This document shows positions 22,264-34,700 of a stretch of DNA of 64,000 bases, piece after piece. The stretch comes from TPA_inf: Saccharomyces. Lineage: Eukaryota. Location of the stretch: positions 1,344,001 to 1,408,000 of the forward strand of contig BK006938.2 of NCBI GenBank assembly GCA_000146045.2, read 5' to 3'. Position 1 is the first letter of the stretch, and the number at the start of each line of letters is the position of its first letter. Below the pieces are notes generated by a model. It saw only the letters and a list, made by a program, of their open reading frames with translations, was not told the origin of the DNA and did not search any database. The translations under genes were made by a program, and so were the position numbers.

Positions 22264-22827
22264 TCATTTTTCTGCAAAGATAAAATCCTTCAATTCCTTG
22301 TAGGCCTTGTCCAAATCATCATTGACAATAACTTTGTCATGGGCACCTGTCTCAGCATATGCCAATTCAGCTTGAGCGGCGCTTAACCTCTTGTTGATGG
22401 ATTCTTCGGTCTCCGTACCTCTACCTTCTAATCTTTTTTTCAAATCCTCGACCGATGGTGGAGCAATAAACAAAAACCTGGCATTTAACTCTGGGATAGC
22501 CTTGACAGATTTGACACCCTGCATATCAATATCTAAAATACAAGTCTTACCAGATTTACTGACTTGTTTGACGGAAGCGACAGTACTACCATAGTAGTTA
22601 CCGGAGAATTGCGCCCATTCAATGAATTCATTGTTCTTAATCATAGATTTGAATTCATCTACGGAGACAAAGTTATAGTCCTTACCGTTTACTTCGCCAG
22701 CTCTTGGGGTTCTAGTAGTGGATGAAACACTAAACCCGAAAGAATCTGGGTATTCAGCGAACAATTTCTTCAACAGTGTAGATTTACCTGTACCACTTGG
22801 GCCAGAAATTACGATAGGACGGGACAT
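22264..22827 (-). CDS. GUK1: Guanylate kinase, 187 aa
   Basis: MSRPIVISGPSGTGKSTLLKKLFAEYPDSFGFSVSSTTRTPRAGEVNGKDY... contains a P-loop and the guanylate kinase signature. YDR454C. Confidence 0.93.
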   Translation of the reverse strand: MSRPIVISGPSGTGKSTLLKKLFAEYPDSFGFSVSSTTRTPRAGEVNGKDYNFVSVDEFKSMIKNNEFIEWAQFSGNYYGSTVASVKQVSKSGKTCILDIDMQGVKSVKAIPELNARFLFIAPPSVEDLKKRLEGRGTETEESINKRLSAAQAELAYAETGAHDKVIVNDDLDKAYKELKDFIFAEK

Positions 22828-23484
22828 AACGCAAAGGTTTACTAATCTTTATCCGAAGTAAACTGTAGTTATCAACTAAAAAGAAACGCCATTGTGTATC
22901 CATTTATGCTAAATGTATTTTTTTTTTTCTTTTTTATGTGTTTCCAAGCTTTTTTTCGAAATTTGGAATGTACCGATGAGTACGGTTGCTATTAGCATCG
23001 ACGCCGCCGGAAAGACGCATCACATATTTCGAGAACCGAAACTTCCTGTCGATATAACCTACACTTCAAATAGCTATCATTTCGAATCGTCGCAGTTTTG
23101 ACAATCACATTTATACACTTACTGTCGTTTTTTATGTAAAGGCTGTGAAAATTTCACCTTATTAATGCTTATAGAGCAGAGTTTAGGATGAATTTTGCAT
23201 TGTAGCCTGCCGTGAGCACACACAAGGAGTAGCAGAGCAGTAGTCTTGCCAAAGGATTATGACAGATGATATACCTTGCACAAACGTGATAGCAAGGAAC
23301 TGCAAAAGTTGATATCGAACAATCATTATTCACGGTGTGACTTTTTCTGTTTCCGTTGCTTTTCTAGCTACTCTAAGATAAAGGGCACCCAAGATTGACA
23401 AATAGTTGTAGATTAAACATAGATTGCAAGCAGTGAAATTCAGAGGATAATCTTTTATCGCTGTCAGTACATACCATATGAAAA

Positions 23485-25386
23485 ATGCTATCCAAGGTAT
23501 TGCTGAATATAGCTTTCAAGGTGCTGTTAACCACCGCCAAGAGAGCAGTTGATCCTGACGATGATGATGAACTTCTACCTTCCCCGGATCTCCCGGGTAG
23601 CGATGACCCTATTGCAGGTGATCCTGATGTAGACTTAAACCCTGTTACAGAAGAAATGTTCTCTTCATGGGCATTGTTCATTATGTTGCTCCTATTGATC
23701 TCTGCATTGTGGTCTAGTTACTATTTAACTCAGAAACGAATTAGGGCAGTGCATGAAACTGTGCTTTCTATTTTTTATGGTATGGTTATTGGCTTGATAA
23801 TAAGGATGTCCCCCGGGCATTATATTCAAGATACGGTTACTTTTAATTCATCCTACTTTTTTAATGTTCTATTGCCGCCAATTATTTTAAATAGTGGGTA
23901 CGAGTTGAATCAAGTGAACTTTTTCAATAATATGTTATCTATCTTAATTTTCGCCATACCGGGCACCTTCATATCTGCTGTGGTTATTGGAATCATATTG
24001 TATATCTGGACCTTTTTAGGACTAGAGAGTATTGACATTTCATTCGCAGATGCAATGTCTGTTGGTGCTACATTATCTGCTACCGACCCTGTTACAATTC
24101 TTTCAATTTTCAATGCGTATAAAGTGGATCCTAAGCTATATACCATCATTTTTGGAGAATCACTGTTAAATGATGCCATCTCTATTGTTATGTTTGAAAC
24201 CTGTCAAAAATTTCATGGTCAACCTGCAACATTTTCGTCGGTTTTTGAAGGGGCAGGCCTCTTTTTGATGACTTTCTCCGTTTCGTTGTTGATAGGCGTT
24301 CTTATAGGAATTCTTGTTGCTCTTCTGTTGAAACACACTCACATAAGGCGCTATCCTCAAATTGAGAGTTGTTTGATCTTGTTGATTGCTTATGAATCCT
24401 ATTTTTTCTCCAACGGTTGCCATATGTCCGGTATCGTCTCCTTGTTATTTTGCGGAATTACTTTAAAACATTACGCCTATTATAACATGTCAAGAAGATC
24501 ACAGATCACCATTAAGTATATTTTCCAACTATTGGCAAGATTATCAGAGAATTTCATCTTTATCTATCTAGGTTTAGAACTTTTTACTGAAGTAGAACTA
24601 GTCTATAAGCCACTGCTAATTATTGTGGCAGCTATTTCTATATGTGTTGCTCGTTGGTGTGCTGTGTTCCCATTGTCGCAATTTGTTAACTGGATATATA
24701 GAGTAAAGACAATCAGATCTATGAGCGGCATAACCGGAGAAAATATTTCTGTTCCCGATGAAATACCCTACAATTACCAAATGATGACATTTTGGGCAGG
24801 TTTACGTGGTGCTGTTGGTGTCGCCTTGGCGTTGGGAATTCAAGGTGAGTATAAGTTCACTTTATTGGCAACGGTCCTTGTTGTTGTTGTTTTAACAGTT
24901 ATCATTTTTGGGGGCACTACTGCAGGAATGTTAGAAGTTTTAAATATTAAGACTGGTTGCATAAGTGAAGAAGATACATCTGATGACGAGTTTGATATAG
25001 AGGCTCCAAGGGCGATAAATTTATTGAACGGTAGTTCTATTCAGACAGATTTGGGCCCATATTCTGACAACAATTCTCCAGATATTTCAATTGACCAATT
25101 CGCGGTCAGCAGTAACAAGAATCTCCCCAATAACATATCCACAACTGGTGGTAATACTTTTGGAGGCCTTAATGAAACTGAGAATACTAGCCCTAACCCG
25201 GCAAGGTCTTCTATGGATAAGCGTAATTTGAGAGATAAACTGGGAACAATCTTTAATTCCGACTCACAATGGTTTCAAAATTTTGATGAACAGGTATTGA
25301 AGCCAGTATTCTTGGACAACGTTTCTCCATCCTTACAAGATTCGGCTACGCAATCACCTGCAGATTTCTCTTCCCAAAACCACTAG
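23485..25386 (+). CDS. NHX1: Endosomal/prevacuolar Na+(K+)/H+ exchanger, 633 aa
   Basis: A 633-aa polytopic membrane protein (MLSKVLLNIAFKVLLTTAKRAVDPDDDDELLPS...). YDR456W. Confidence 0.92.
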   Translation: MLSKVLLNIAFKVLLTTAKRAVDPDDDDELLPSPDLPGSDDPIAGDPDVDLNPVTEEMFSSWALFIMLLLLISALWSSYYLTQKRIRAVHETVLSIFYGMVIGLIIRMSPGHYIQDTVTFNSSYFFNVLLPPIILNSGYELNQVNFFNNMLSILIFAIPGTFISAVVIGIILYIWTFLGLESIDISFADAMSVGATLSATDPVTILSIFNAYKVDPKLYTIIFGESLLNDAISIVMFETCQKFHGQPATFSSVFEGAGLFLMTFSVSLLIGVLIGILVALLLKHTHIRRYPQIESCLILLIAYESYFFSNGCHMSGIVSLLFCGITLKHYAYYNMSRRSQITIKYIFQLLARLSENFIFIYLGLELFTEVELVYKPLLIIVAAISICVARWCAVFPLSQFVNWIYRVKTIRSMSGITGENISVPDEIPYNYQMMTFWAGLRGAVGVALALGIQGEYKFTLLATVLVVVVLTVIIFGGTTAGMLEVLNIKTGCISEEDTSDDEFDIEAPRAINLLNGSSIQTDLGPYSDNNSPDISIDQFAVSSNKNLPNNISTTGGNTFGGLNETENTSPNPARSSMDKRNLRDKLGTIFNSDSQWFQNFDEQVLKPVFLDNVSPSLQDSATQSPADFSSQNH

Positions 25387-25789
25387 ACTTTAAAGTGTAT
25401 GGTTTCCTTGTTTCTAATATAAATATATTAATTAAGTCTTTATACATTCTCTCTTACTCAACGCCGAAGGAATACCCTTCTACACTTTATTCATTTTAAA
25501 TCATGTACTGTTATATACACGCTAGTAGGATTGATCTTATTTAATCATATTTCGCACGTTACCCGACTGCTTTCAGTTTTGCCGCTTTGTGATAATGAGG
25601 AATTTCAGCTAGCTTTTAATGAGCCGATACTAAATCACCATGATTTTGGGAGAGGAAAAGAAGAAAAGGTAAAACAACGAATATTTTTCAAATACCTTAG
25701 TTACTGAATATCCATAACTACTCGTATAATTGGTGAGAAAATAGTGCATATTTAGTTTACTTTTTGCCTTTGATTGAAAATATATATTC

Positions 25790-28700
25790 ATGGTGCTTTT
25801 TACTCGGTGTGAAAAGGCAAGAAAGGAGAAACTCGCCGCTGGTTATAAGCCCTTAGTTGATTATTTGATTGATTGTGATACTCCCACATTTTTAGAAAGA
25901 ATTGAGGCAATCCAAGAGTGGGACCGATCCAGAGATGATCTTTATGTTTGGATTCCCATTCTAGACAGAATGGACGGGCTGTTGTTAAAAGTGGCAGAGA
26001 AATATAAATACAAGCAAGACCCCAAGAAGGAGTGTGAAGTCAAATTGGTGGAAATGGAAGCGCATGATGTTGATTATTGTTTGAAAATGCTAAAGTTTAC
26101 TCGTCGACTACTTCTAAATACAGAAAACAGGTTTGTTTATTCATCTGGAGATGTTTTAATGTATCTACTGAATTGTCCGAATTTTACAATAAAACTAGCG
26201 GTCATGCGAATTTTAGCCATTTTAGGGGAAAGGTTTGTGATTGCGAGAGAAAAAATAGTTGCACATAACATATTTGGAGATCACAACCTCAGGAAAAAAA
26301 CTCTCAAACTAGCTTTATCTCTGTCATCTTCCGTCATGGATGAAGACGGAGAGCACTTTTCTCTTGTCGATCTATATTTTGATAAGAAAAAAGTGCCTCA
26401 AAAATGGAGAAAGTTGAGATTTACACATTATACTTCAAACGACTTTAAAAAGTCAAGCCAGCAAAAAAATAACATTAATGAAACCCAAACTTCCATTAAG
26501 AAGGTAACTATGACGACCCAAGAACTGTGTGAACACTCACTACAGCAAATATTTGATAAGGGTATGGCCCTTTTACCCGCAGAAAGTTGGTTTGATTTCT
26601 CAATAAAAGCTTCGGTGGCGAAGGCCTTCAGTGATGATTCAGGTGAAAATATAGATTTGAGAAATATAATTATTGAAACAAAACTGAATGCTATTGCATT
26701 TGTTAACACCATTTTCTCGCCTCCTCAAGTAAGCTCGAAGTTATTTGAATTAGATCCGTATGCTTTTAATAGTCTAACTGATTTGATATCGTTGTCTGAA
26801 ACCAAAATACCAAAAGAGCTAAGAACGGATGCTTTATTCACATTGGAATGTATATCCTTGAAGCATGTCTGGTGCTCAGACATTATCAGAAATCTCGGTG
26901 GTAACATATCGCATGGTCTGTTGTTTCAGATTCTCCGTTACATTGCCAAGACATTGAGAGAAGCGACAGACGAAATCGATGAAGAATATAATGTGAGGTT
27001 CTTTTACTTGATATCAAATTTAGCTGACGTTAAGCCTTTGCATGAATCTCTTTTCGCCGCGGGTTTAATACCTACTTTATTGGAAATTGTATCTATAAGA
27101 AATTGCCCATATAAGCGTACCCTCGCATCTGCTACCCATCTCCTAGAAACATTTATAGATAACAGTGAAACTACCACTGAATTTATCGAAAATGATGGGT
27201 TTACTATGCTGATCACTTCAGTCGCCAATGAGATTGATTTCACGCTTGCACATCCAGAGACGTGGCAACCGCCAAAATATTCAGTGGTTTATTATTCAAT
27301 TTCTTTTAGGGAGTTGGCATATATTAGAAGTTTATTGAAACTCGTTCTCAAATTATTAAGCACAGACTCAGGGGATAGAATTAGAAATTTAATAGATTCG
27401 CCGATACTTGTTTCATTAAAGAAAATCCTAGAAAATAAACTTGTATTCGGTTTAACATTAATAACTTACACTCTGGATGTAGTTCAGAAAGTAATAAATA
27501 GTGAGCCTACTATTTATCCTGTTCTGGTTGAAGCAGGACTTATTCCATATGTTATCGATAATTTTCCAAAGTTAATTGGGCCTTCCGCCGAATTATTAAG
27601 TTTACTTCCAGATGTCGTTTCTGCCATATGCTTGAATCCAGAAGGGCTGAAGCAAGTTAAAGAAAAGGGTCTCATAAACAATTTGTTTGATTTCTTACTC
27701 GATGCTGACCACGCGCGTATATTAACAGGTGGAGATCGTTCTACGGAATATGGTACTGACATTGATGAATTAGCAAGACATTATCCAGACTTAAAGGCAA
27801 ATATCGTGGAGGCTTTGTGTAACGTCATCAGAAAAATGCCAAGTACCTTTAGAAATGAAAGAGAGTTTCTTTTTACTTCACCAAAAGATCAAAAGTACTT
27901 TTTTCACAGAAAAAATGAGGAAATATTGACAGATAAAGAGGAACATGAACCTGCATACTGGGAGCTATTAGATAAGGGAACTATGCTGGACACATTTACC
28001 AGTGTTTTGTTTGGTATGTCTTTAGGAAATGGTTCTTTTTCACAGGTGCCACAACATCTGGAAGCGAGAGATTTTCTGGCAATAATATTTATGGAAAATC
28101 CTCCTTATGAATACTTTACCTCCGTGGCAATCTCAAATGTTACTGAGGTCCTCCAGTATCTGGATGAAAAATACGAAGACTACGCATTCATGGATGTTAT
28201 GAAAGTATTGAACGATCAATTGGAGAACCTGAATGATTTTTTGAATAGTCCAAATGATAGAAGTTTCTTTTTAGAAAGAGATGGGGAAAACTCGGTGCGT
28301 TCATGCCATTCAAAACTTTGTCGACTTGCCGCTATTTTGAACATTGTTACGAATGTATACATTGACCTCACTACCTTATCTTGTAAGAGAATCATGCAGA
28401 TCTATTCTTATTTTGACAAAAGAGGATTTTCTTTAATTAAAAACTTAAAGTTGCTATTCCAGAAATGTGCGTTGGAGGAAATGTACATACGCCAACATAT
28501 GCCAGATTCTGTTATTACAGAAACAATGCCGTTGCCTATAGTGGATGTTTCCGGAGATGGACCACCACTTCAAATTTATATCGATGACCCAAAAAAGGGT
28601 GATCAAAAGGGGAAAATTACCAGCGTAAAAACGAGAAATACTCTTCAAATGCGAACAATACTGTATACATTACAATCAAATACTGCAATTCTATTTCGCT

Positions 28701-31700
28701 GCTTTTTAAGGTTAAGCCACTCTAGGAATATGGATCTAGAGCATAAAGATTTGACGACAGAAGTTCATATATTTGAGAACGTTGTTGAAAATGTTATTGA
28801 AATGTTGAAGGCCACCGAACTCGAAGGTCATCTACCGTATATTCTCGTTTTATTAAACTTCAACACCTTTGTGTTTACTATTCCAAAGGCTTCCCCTAAT
28901 TCCACTGAAATATTACAAACAATACCGGCTTATATTTTCTATCAAAAGGGGGGCTATTTACTTTATTTGCACATTATAAGGGATCTCTTTACGAGAATGA
29001 CAAAAATAAAAGATTTATCCTCACTTGATAACATAAACTACATAGATGAGTCCAACGGTATCCTAACCTTAAGCTGTTTAATTAATGCTCTCACCTTTTA
29101 CAACAAATCAATGCAAACTGAAACCATGGAGAATGTCCAAAGTATTGGTAAGTATTACGTTTCAATAGATGACGATTATAATATTATGAAAGCTTTAACA
29201 GTTCCTATTAAGGTAATGGCTCTCGCAATGATTTTAGATTTGGATAAATCGGATAGCCTCTTCAAGACACAGTCCCGTAATGTGCCTTACTCAGTTTTCA
29301 AGCAACTTCTTAGTATGCTCAAAAATATATTCACTAATGTGAACATCTATACCAAGGAATTATATGAATTGCATTGGGACCTAATATTCCCACCAATTAA
29401 AAAAATTAGCTTGTTTGAGCAAGTCGGCATTCCCGGTGATGTTGCGGCAAACTATTTAACAGATACTGGTGATGATCTTCCTGCAGATAACAGTATTGGC
29501 CTGTTTTCGCCTGAACAATGGGAAAAATATAAAAAATTAATCGGTGAAGATAAATCCATCTACTATCCACAACCAATGCAAGCTCAGTATTACAAAGGAT
29601 GTTCCTCAAAAGAATTAGATGAGCTGAGAGATACCTTTTTCAATGACGGTTTACCATCTAGGATCTTCACTGTACTCCCTTTCTATCCTAAACTTGTAAA
29701 CGCGTTTGCAAAAACTTTGCTACAAATTTTTACGAAATACGATGAACCCACTGAAGTGTTTGCTGGTAGAATCTTAGATCGAATTTTAGAGACAGATCTA
29801 GATGACCCTGCTACTTTATCTTCCTTAATCCATTTATTTGGTATATTCCTGAACGAGAAATATATTTATCAAAAGGCTTCGCATTTAATGCAAAGGTTCA
29901 TTGAATATCTTGAGAAGTCTCTGAAGCCAGAACATGTTAATACGCCTTGGTTTTCGAAAGCTCTTTACGTTTACGAAATTATACTGGCGAAATCTGAGCT
30001 TCCACACCTCGAAGAGCTTTCCAAGGATGTTCTTCTGAGATATCCATTGCTTTCCATGGCGAAAGTCTTTCGCATACCAGACCCTATGAAGCAGAAATTA
30101 TTTGACATACTGATCAGAGTTTCTGATATTTCCAATTTTTATTCTGCACTGGCAACATCACGCATACTTATTTTCTACTCTAGGGATGAGTTGTATGCTA
30201 ACAACATAGCTAGATCGGGAATATTATCTAGATTGTTGAAAGTAATTGGAAGTTTCCAAAAACTAGACAAAATAAACTTTTTAGAGTCATCTTTCCTTTT
30301 ATTAACCAGGAGATGTTTTGAAACGACTGAAAATGTTGATGCTTTAATACGTGCAGAAATTAATAGAAGCTTTACAGCAAGACCGTTAGGTGGTGGGGAT
30401 GATGCTGTACGTGAGTTAACCACTATTCTAGAAGAAAAGGCGCATGTGGTCATGCGTAGTCCCTCTCAATTTATTGACGTTCTTTGCGAAACAGCTCGGT
30501 TCCATGAATTTGATGATCAAGGTGCGTTGGTTGATTACTCATTGAAAAGATTTCTTGGTGAAAAAGATAAGAATACGCAAGCCTCAAGTACAGAAAAATC
30601 AGATATCTACGAGAGAACGGGGATCATGCATTTATTACTGTCACAACTTATGGCTGCTTCTGAGAAAGACTGGTTGTCTGAACCGGCCAACTCCTCGGAT
30701 TTGCCTGAGAACAAAAAAGCCCAATTGGACCCATCAAGAAATCCTGTATGTGCTTACATGATTTTTCTTTTGAAGCTTTTGGTCGAGTTAGTTAGCAGTT
30801 ACAATCAATGTAAATTTGAGTTCTTAACTTTCAGTAGAAGAAACACATATGCAGAACGCCCCAGACCAAGAACAACTGCTATTAACTTTTTCCTTTATAG
30901 ATTATTAGACAAACCTGTCGGAACTGACCACGATAAGCATGAAGCTAAAAGAAGAGAGGTTATTGGAATGCTAGCACGTTCCGTAATTATTGGTTTCTTG
31001 GCTACTGTTCAAGATGATAGGACGACCAAGACTGACGTCAAGCTTGCTGATCCTCACATGAACTTTATTAGAAAATTTGCCATTGAAGCGATTATAAAAG
31101 CCATTCGCAACGCCACTTCCTCTTCTAAACTTTTGGAAAGTAATCATTTAAAGTTAGATATGTGGTTTAGAATCATTACATCGATGGTTTATGTCCAGGC
31201 TCCATATCTTCGCCAACTACTTGATTCAAATAAAGTTGAGGCAGATCAGTACCAATTGTGCAAACTGGTTATAGACCTCGGTCTTCCGTCAGTTATCACG
31301 GAAGCCATGGCCAGTATAGACTTAAACTATCCTTTTTCCAAAAAGATTTTCAACGTCGCTGTTGAAGCTCTAAACACAATTAGTTCGACAAGGAACAATT
31401 TTTCTGAGCACTTCAAAATTGAAGATCATGATGAAGTTGAAGACGAGGTTGACGAGTCTGATAAGGAAGAGATCCCGGATATGTTCAAAAACTCAGCGCT
31501 GGGAATGTATGACGTAGAGGACATTGAAGAAGACGACGATGACGACACATCATTAATTGGAGACGATGATGCTATGGCATTTGTTGATAGTGATAACGGA
31601 TTTGAAGTAGTATTTAGTGACGAAGATGATGATATGGGAGAAGAAGATGCAGATGATGCTCGTTCAGATTCGGAAGAAAATGAATTATCTTCTGAAATGC

Positions 31701-34700
31701 AATCAAGTACAGCGGACGGCACGGATGTGGACTATGAGGTTGATGATGCAGATGGACTAATTATCAATATTGACCAGCCCTCAGGAGATGATGAAGAAAT
31801 GGCAGACTATGATGCTAACATTAGCCATTCTTCTCACAGTGAAAATGAAGATGACGCTTCAATGGACGTCATAGAAGTTTACGACGACGAGCTAAGTTCT
31901 GGATATGATGTTGATTTAAGCGATTATGACGTAGATGAATCTGATTGGGACTCCGGGTTATCCAGCCTATCTATTTCTGATGAAGATAGTGAAAGTAGCG
32001 AAGATGAGCCTATTAACTCCACCAGAATGGGAGATTCAAGAAGGAGATGGCTGATAGCTGAAGGCGTGGAGCTAACTGACGACTCGCAAGGTGAGAGTGA
32101 AGAAGATGATAGAGGTGTTTTCCGTGGTATTGAACATATATTTTCAAATGAGAATGAGCCTTTGTTTAGAGTTCATGACGAAATGCGTCATAGAAACCAT
32201 CATCGCTCAATCAATCGTACCCATTTTCACTCTGCTATGAGCGCCCCCTCTTTAAGCTTATTAAATCGTGGAAGAAGAAACCAAAGCAACCTAATAAATC
32301 CACTAGGGCCTACAGGATTGGAACAAGTGGAGAACGATATTTCAGATCAGGTGACTGTTGCTGGTTCAGGCTCTCGCCCAAGATCACATCATCTTCACTT
32401 TTCGGAAGTTCTAGTCTCAGGCAGCTTTTTTGATGAACCTGTCTTAGATGGCATAATTTTAAAGTCTACGGTATCCAGATGGAAGGATATATTCGACATG
32501 TTTTACGACTCTAAGACTTACGCTAACTGTATTATTCCTACTGTTATCAACAGATTATACAAGGTCAGTTTAGCTTTGCAAAAGGACTTGGAAAACAAAC
32601 GTGAACAAGAGAAATTGAAAAATAAGAACCTACTATTCAACGAGGCTAAAGTAGAAAGCCATAACAGTTCTGATGCTATATCGGTAGAACAAGACGATAT
32701 ACAAGAAAGCAATGTTACTCATGATGACCACGAGCCTGTATATGTTACTATTCAAGGTTCCGAGGTTGATATAGGTGGTACAGATATTGATCCAGAATTC
32801 ATGAATGCATTGCCTGATGATATAAGAGCCGATGTCTTTGCACAACATGTTAGAGAAAGAAGAGCAGAAGCTAGGCTAAATTCTGATCATAACGTACACT
32901 CCAGAGAAATCGATTCCGATTTTCTGGAAGCAATTCCTGAAGACATCAGAGAAGGAATATTGGATACTGAGGCAGAGGAACAGAGAATGTTTGGTAGAAT
33001 TGGCTCTTCGGCCGATGTGATTAGAGCAGACGACGACGTTAGCAACAATGACGAAGAAGTTGAAAACGGTTTGGATCATGGAAATAGTAATGATCGCAAT
33101 AACGCCGACCCTGAAAAGAAAAAACCGGCTAGAATATACTTTGCACCATTAATTGATCGTGCCGGGATTGCCTCATTGATGAAATCTGTGTTTATTTCGA
33201 AACCTTATATTCAGCGTGAAATTTATCATGAGCTTTTCTACCGTTTATGTTCTAGCAAACAAAATAGAAATGATTTGATGAATACATTTTTATTTATACT
33301 AAGTGAAGGTATCATAGATCAGCACTCTTTGGAAAAGGTTTATAACATTATTTCCAGCAGGGCAATGGGGCACGCAAAAACCACGACCGTTAGACAGTTA
33401 CCATCAGATTGTACCCCGCTAACAGTGGCTAATCAAACTATCGAAATTTTGCAAAGTCTAATTGACGCGGATTCTAGGCTAAAATACTTCCTGATTGCAG
33501 AACATGACAACCTGATAGTGAACAAAGCTAATAACAAATCTAGGAAAGAAGCCTTACCTGACAAAAAATTAAGATGGCCTTTATGGCATTTATTCTCACT
33601 TTTAGATAGAAAGCTCATTACAGACGAAAGCGTATTGATGGATTTGTTAACAAGAATATTACAAGTTTGTACTAAAACATTGGCTGTCCTTTCTACAAGT
33701 TCAAATGGTAAAGAAAATTTAAGCAAAAAGTTTCATTTACCTAGTTTTGATGAGGATGATCTCATGAAAATTTTATCCATCATTATGCTTGATAGTTGTA
33801 CTACAAGAGTATTTCAACAAACACTTAATATAATTTACAACCTCTCTAAATTACAAGGCTGTATGTCCATTTTCACGAAACATTTGGTATCTTTAGCTAT
33901 CAGCATAATGAGTAAATTAAAGAGTGCTCTCGATGGGCTATCACGTGAAGTAGGCACTATCACCACCGGAATGGAGATCAATTCAGAGCTGTTACAGAAA
34001 TTTACCCTTCCAAGTTCTGATCAAGCTAAATTATTGAAAATTTTAACTACGGTTGATTTTCTTTACACTCACAAAAGAAAAGAGGAAGAGCGCAACGTTA
34101 AAGACCTTCAATCTTTATATGATAAGATGAACGGCGGACCAGTGTGGTCCTCATTGAGTGAGTGCTTATCTCAATTTGAAAAGAGTCAAGCCATCAACAC
34201 TTCAGCCACAATCTTACTTCCGTTGATCGAATCACTTATGGTTGTATGCAGGCGTAGTGACTTAAGTCAAAATAGAAACACTGCAGTCAAATATGAAGAT
34301 GCTAAATTATTGGATTTTTCCAAAACACGTGTCGAAAACTTATTTTTCCCATTTACAGACGCACACAAGAAGTTGTTGAATCAAATGATTCGTTCAAATC
34401 CAAAACTGATGAGTGGTCCTTTCGCATTATTGGTCAAGAATCCAAAAGTTTTGGATTTTGACAACAAAAGATATTTCTTCAATGCCAAATTGAAGTCTGA
34501 TAATCAAGAGCGTCCTAAATTACCTATTACCGTTCGCCGTGAGCAGGTTTTCTTGGACTCTTATCGAGCCTTATTTTTCAAGACAAACGATGAAATCAAG
34601 AATTCTAAATTAGAGATAACATTCAAAGGAGAAAGTGGTGTCGATGCCGGTGGGGTAACCAGAGAATGGTACCAAGTACTATCGAGACAGATGTTCAACC

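Noticed and set aside
23373-23681. 102-aa minus-strand ORF overlapping the NHX1 5' end (dubious YDR455C)
   Set aside because: It overlaps a conserved transporter gene on the opposite strand, has Ser-rich low complexity and no independent support.
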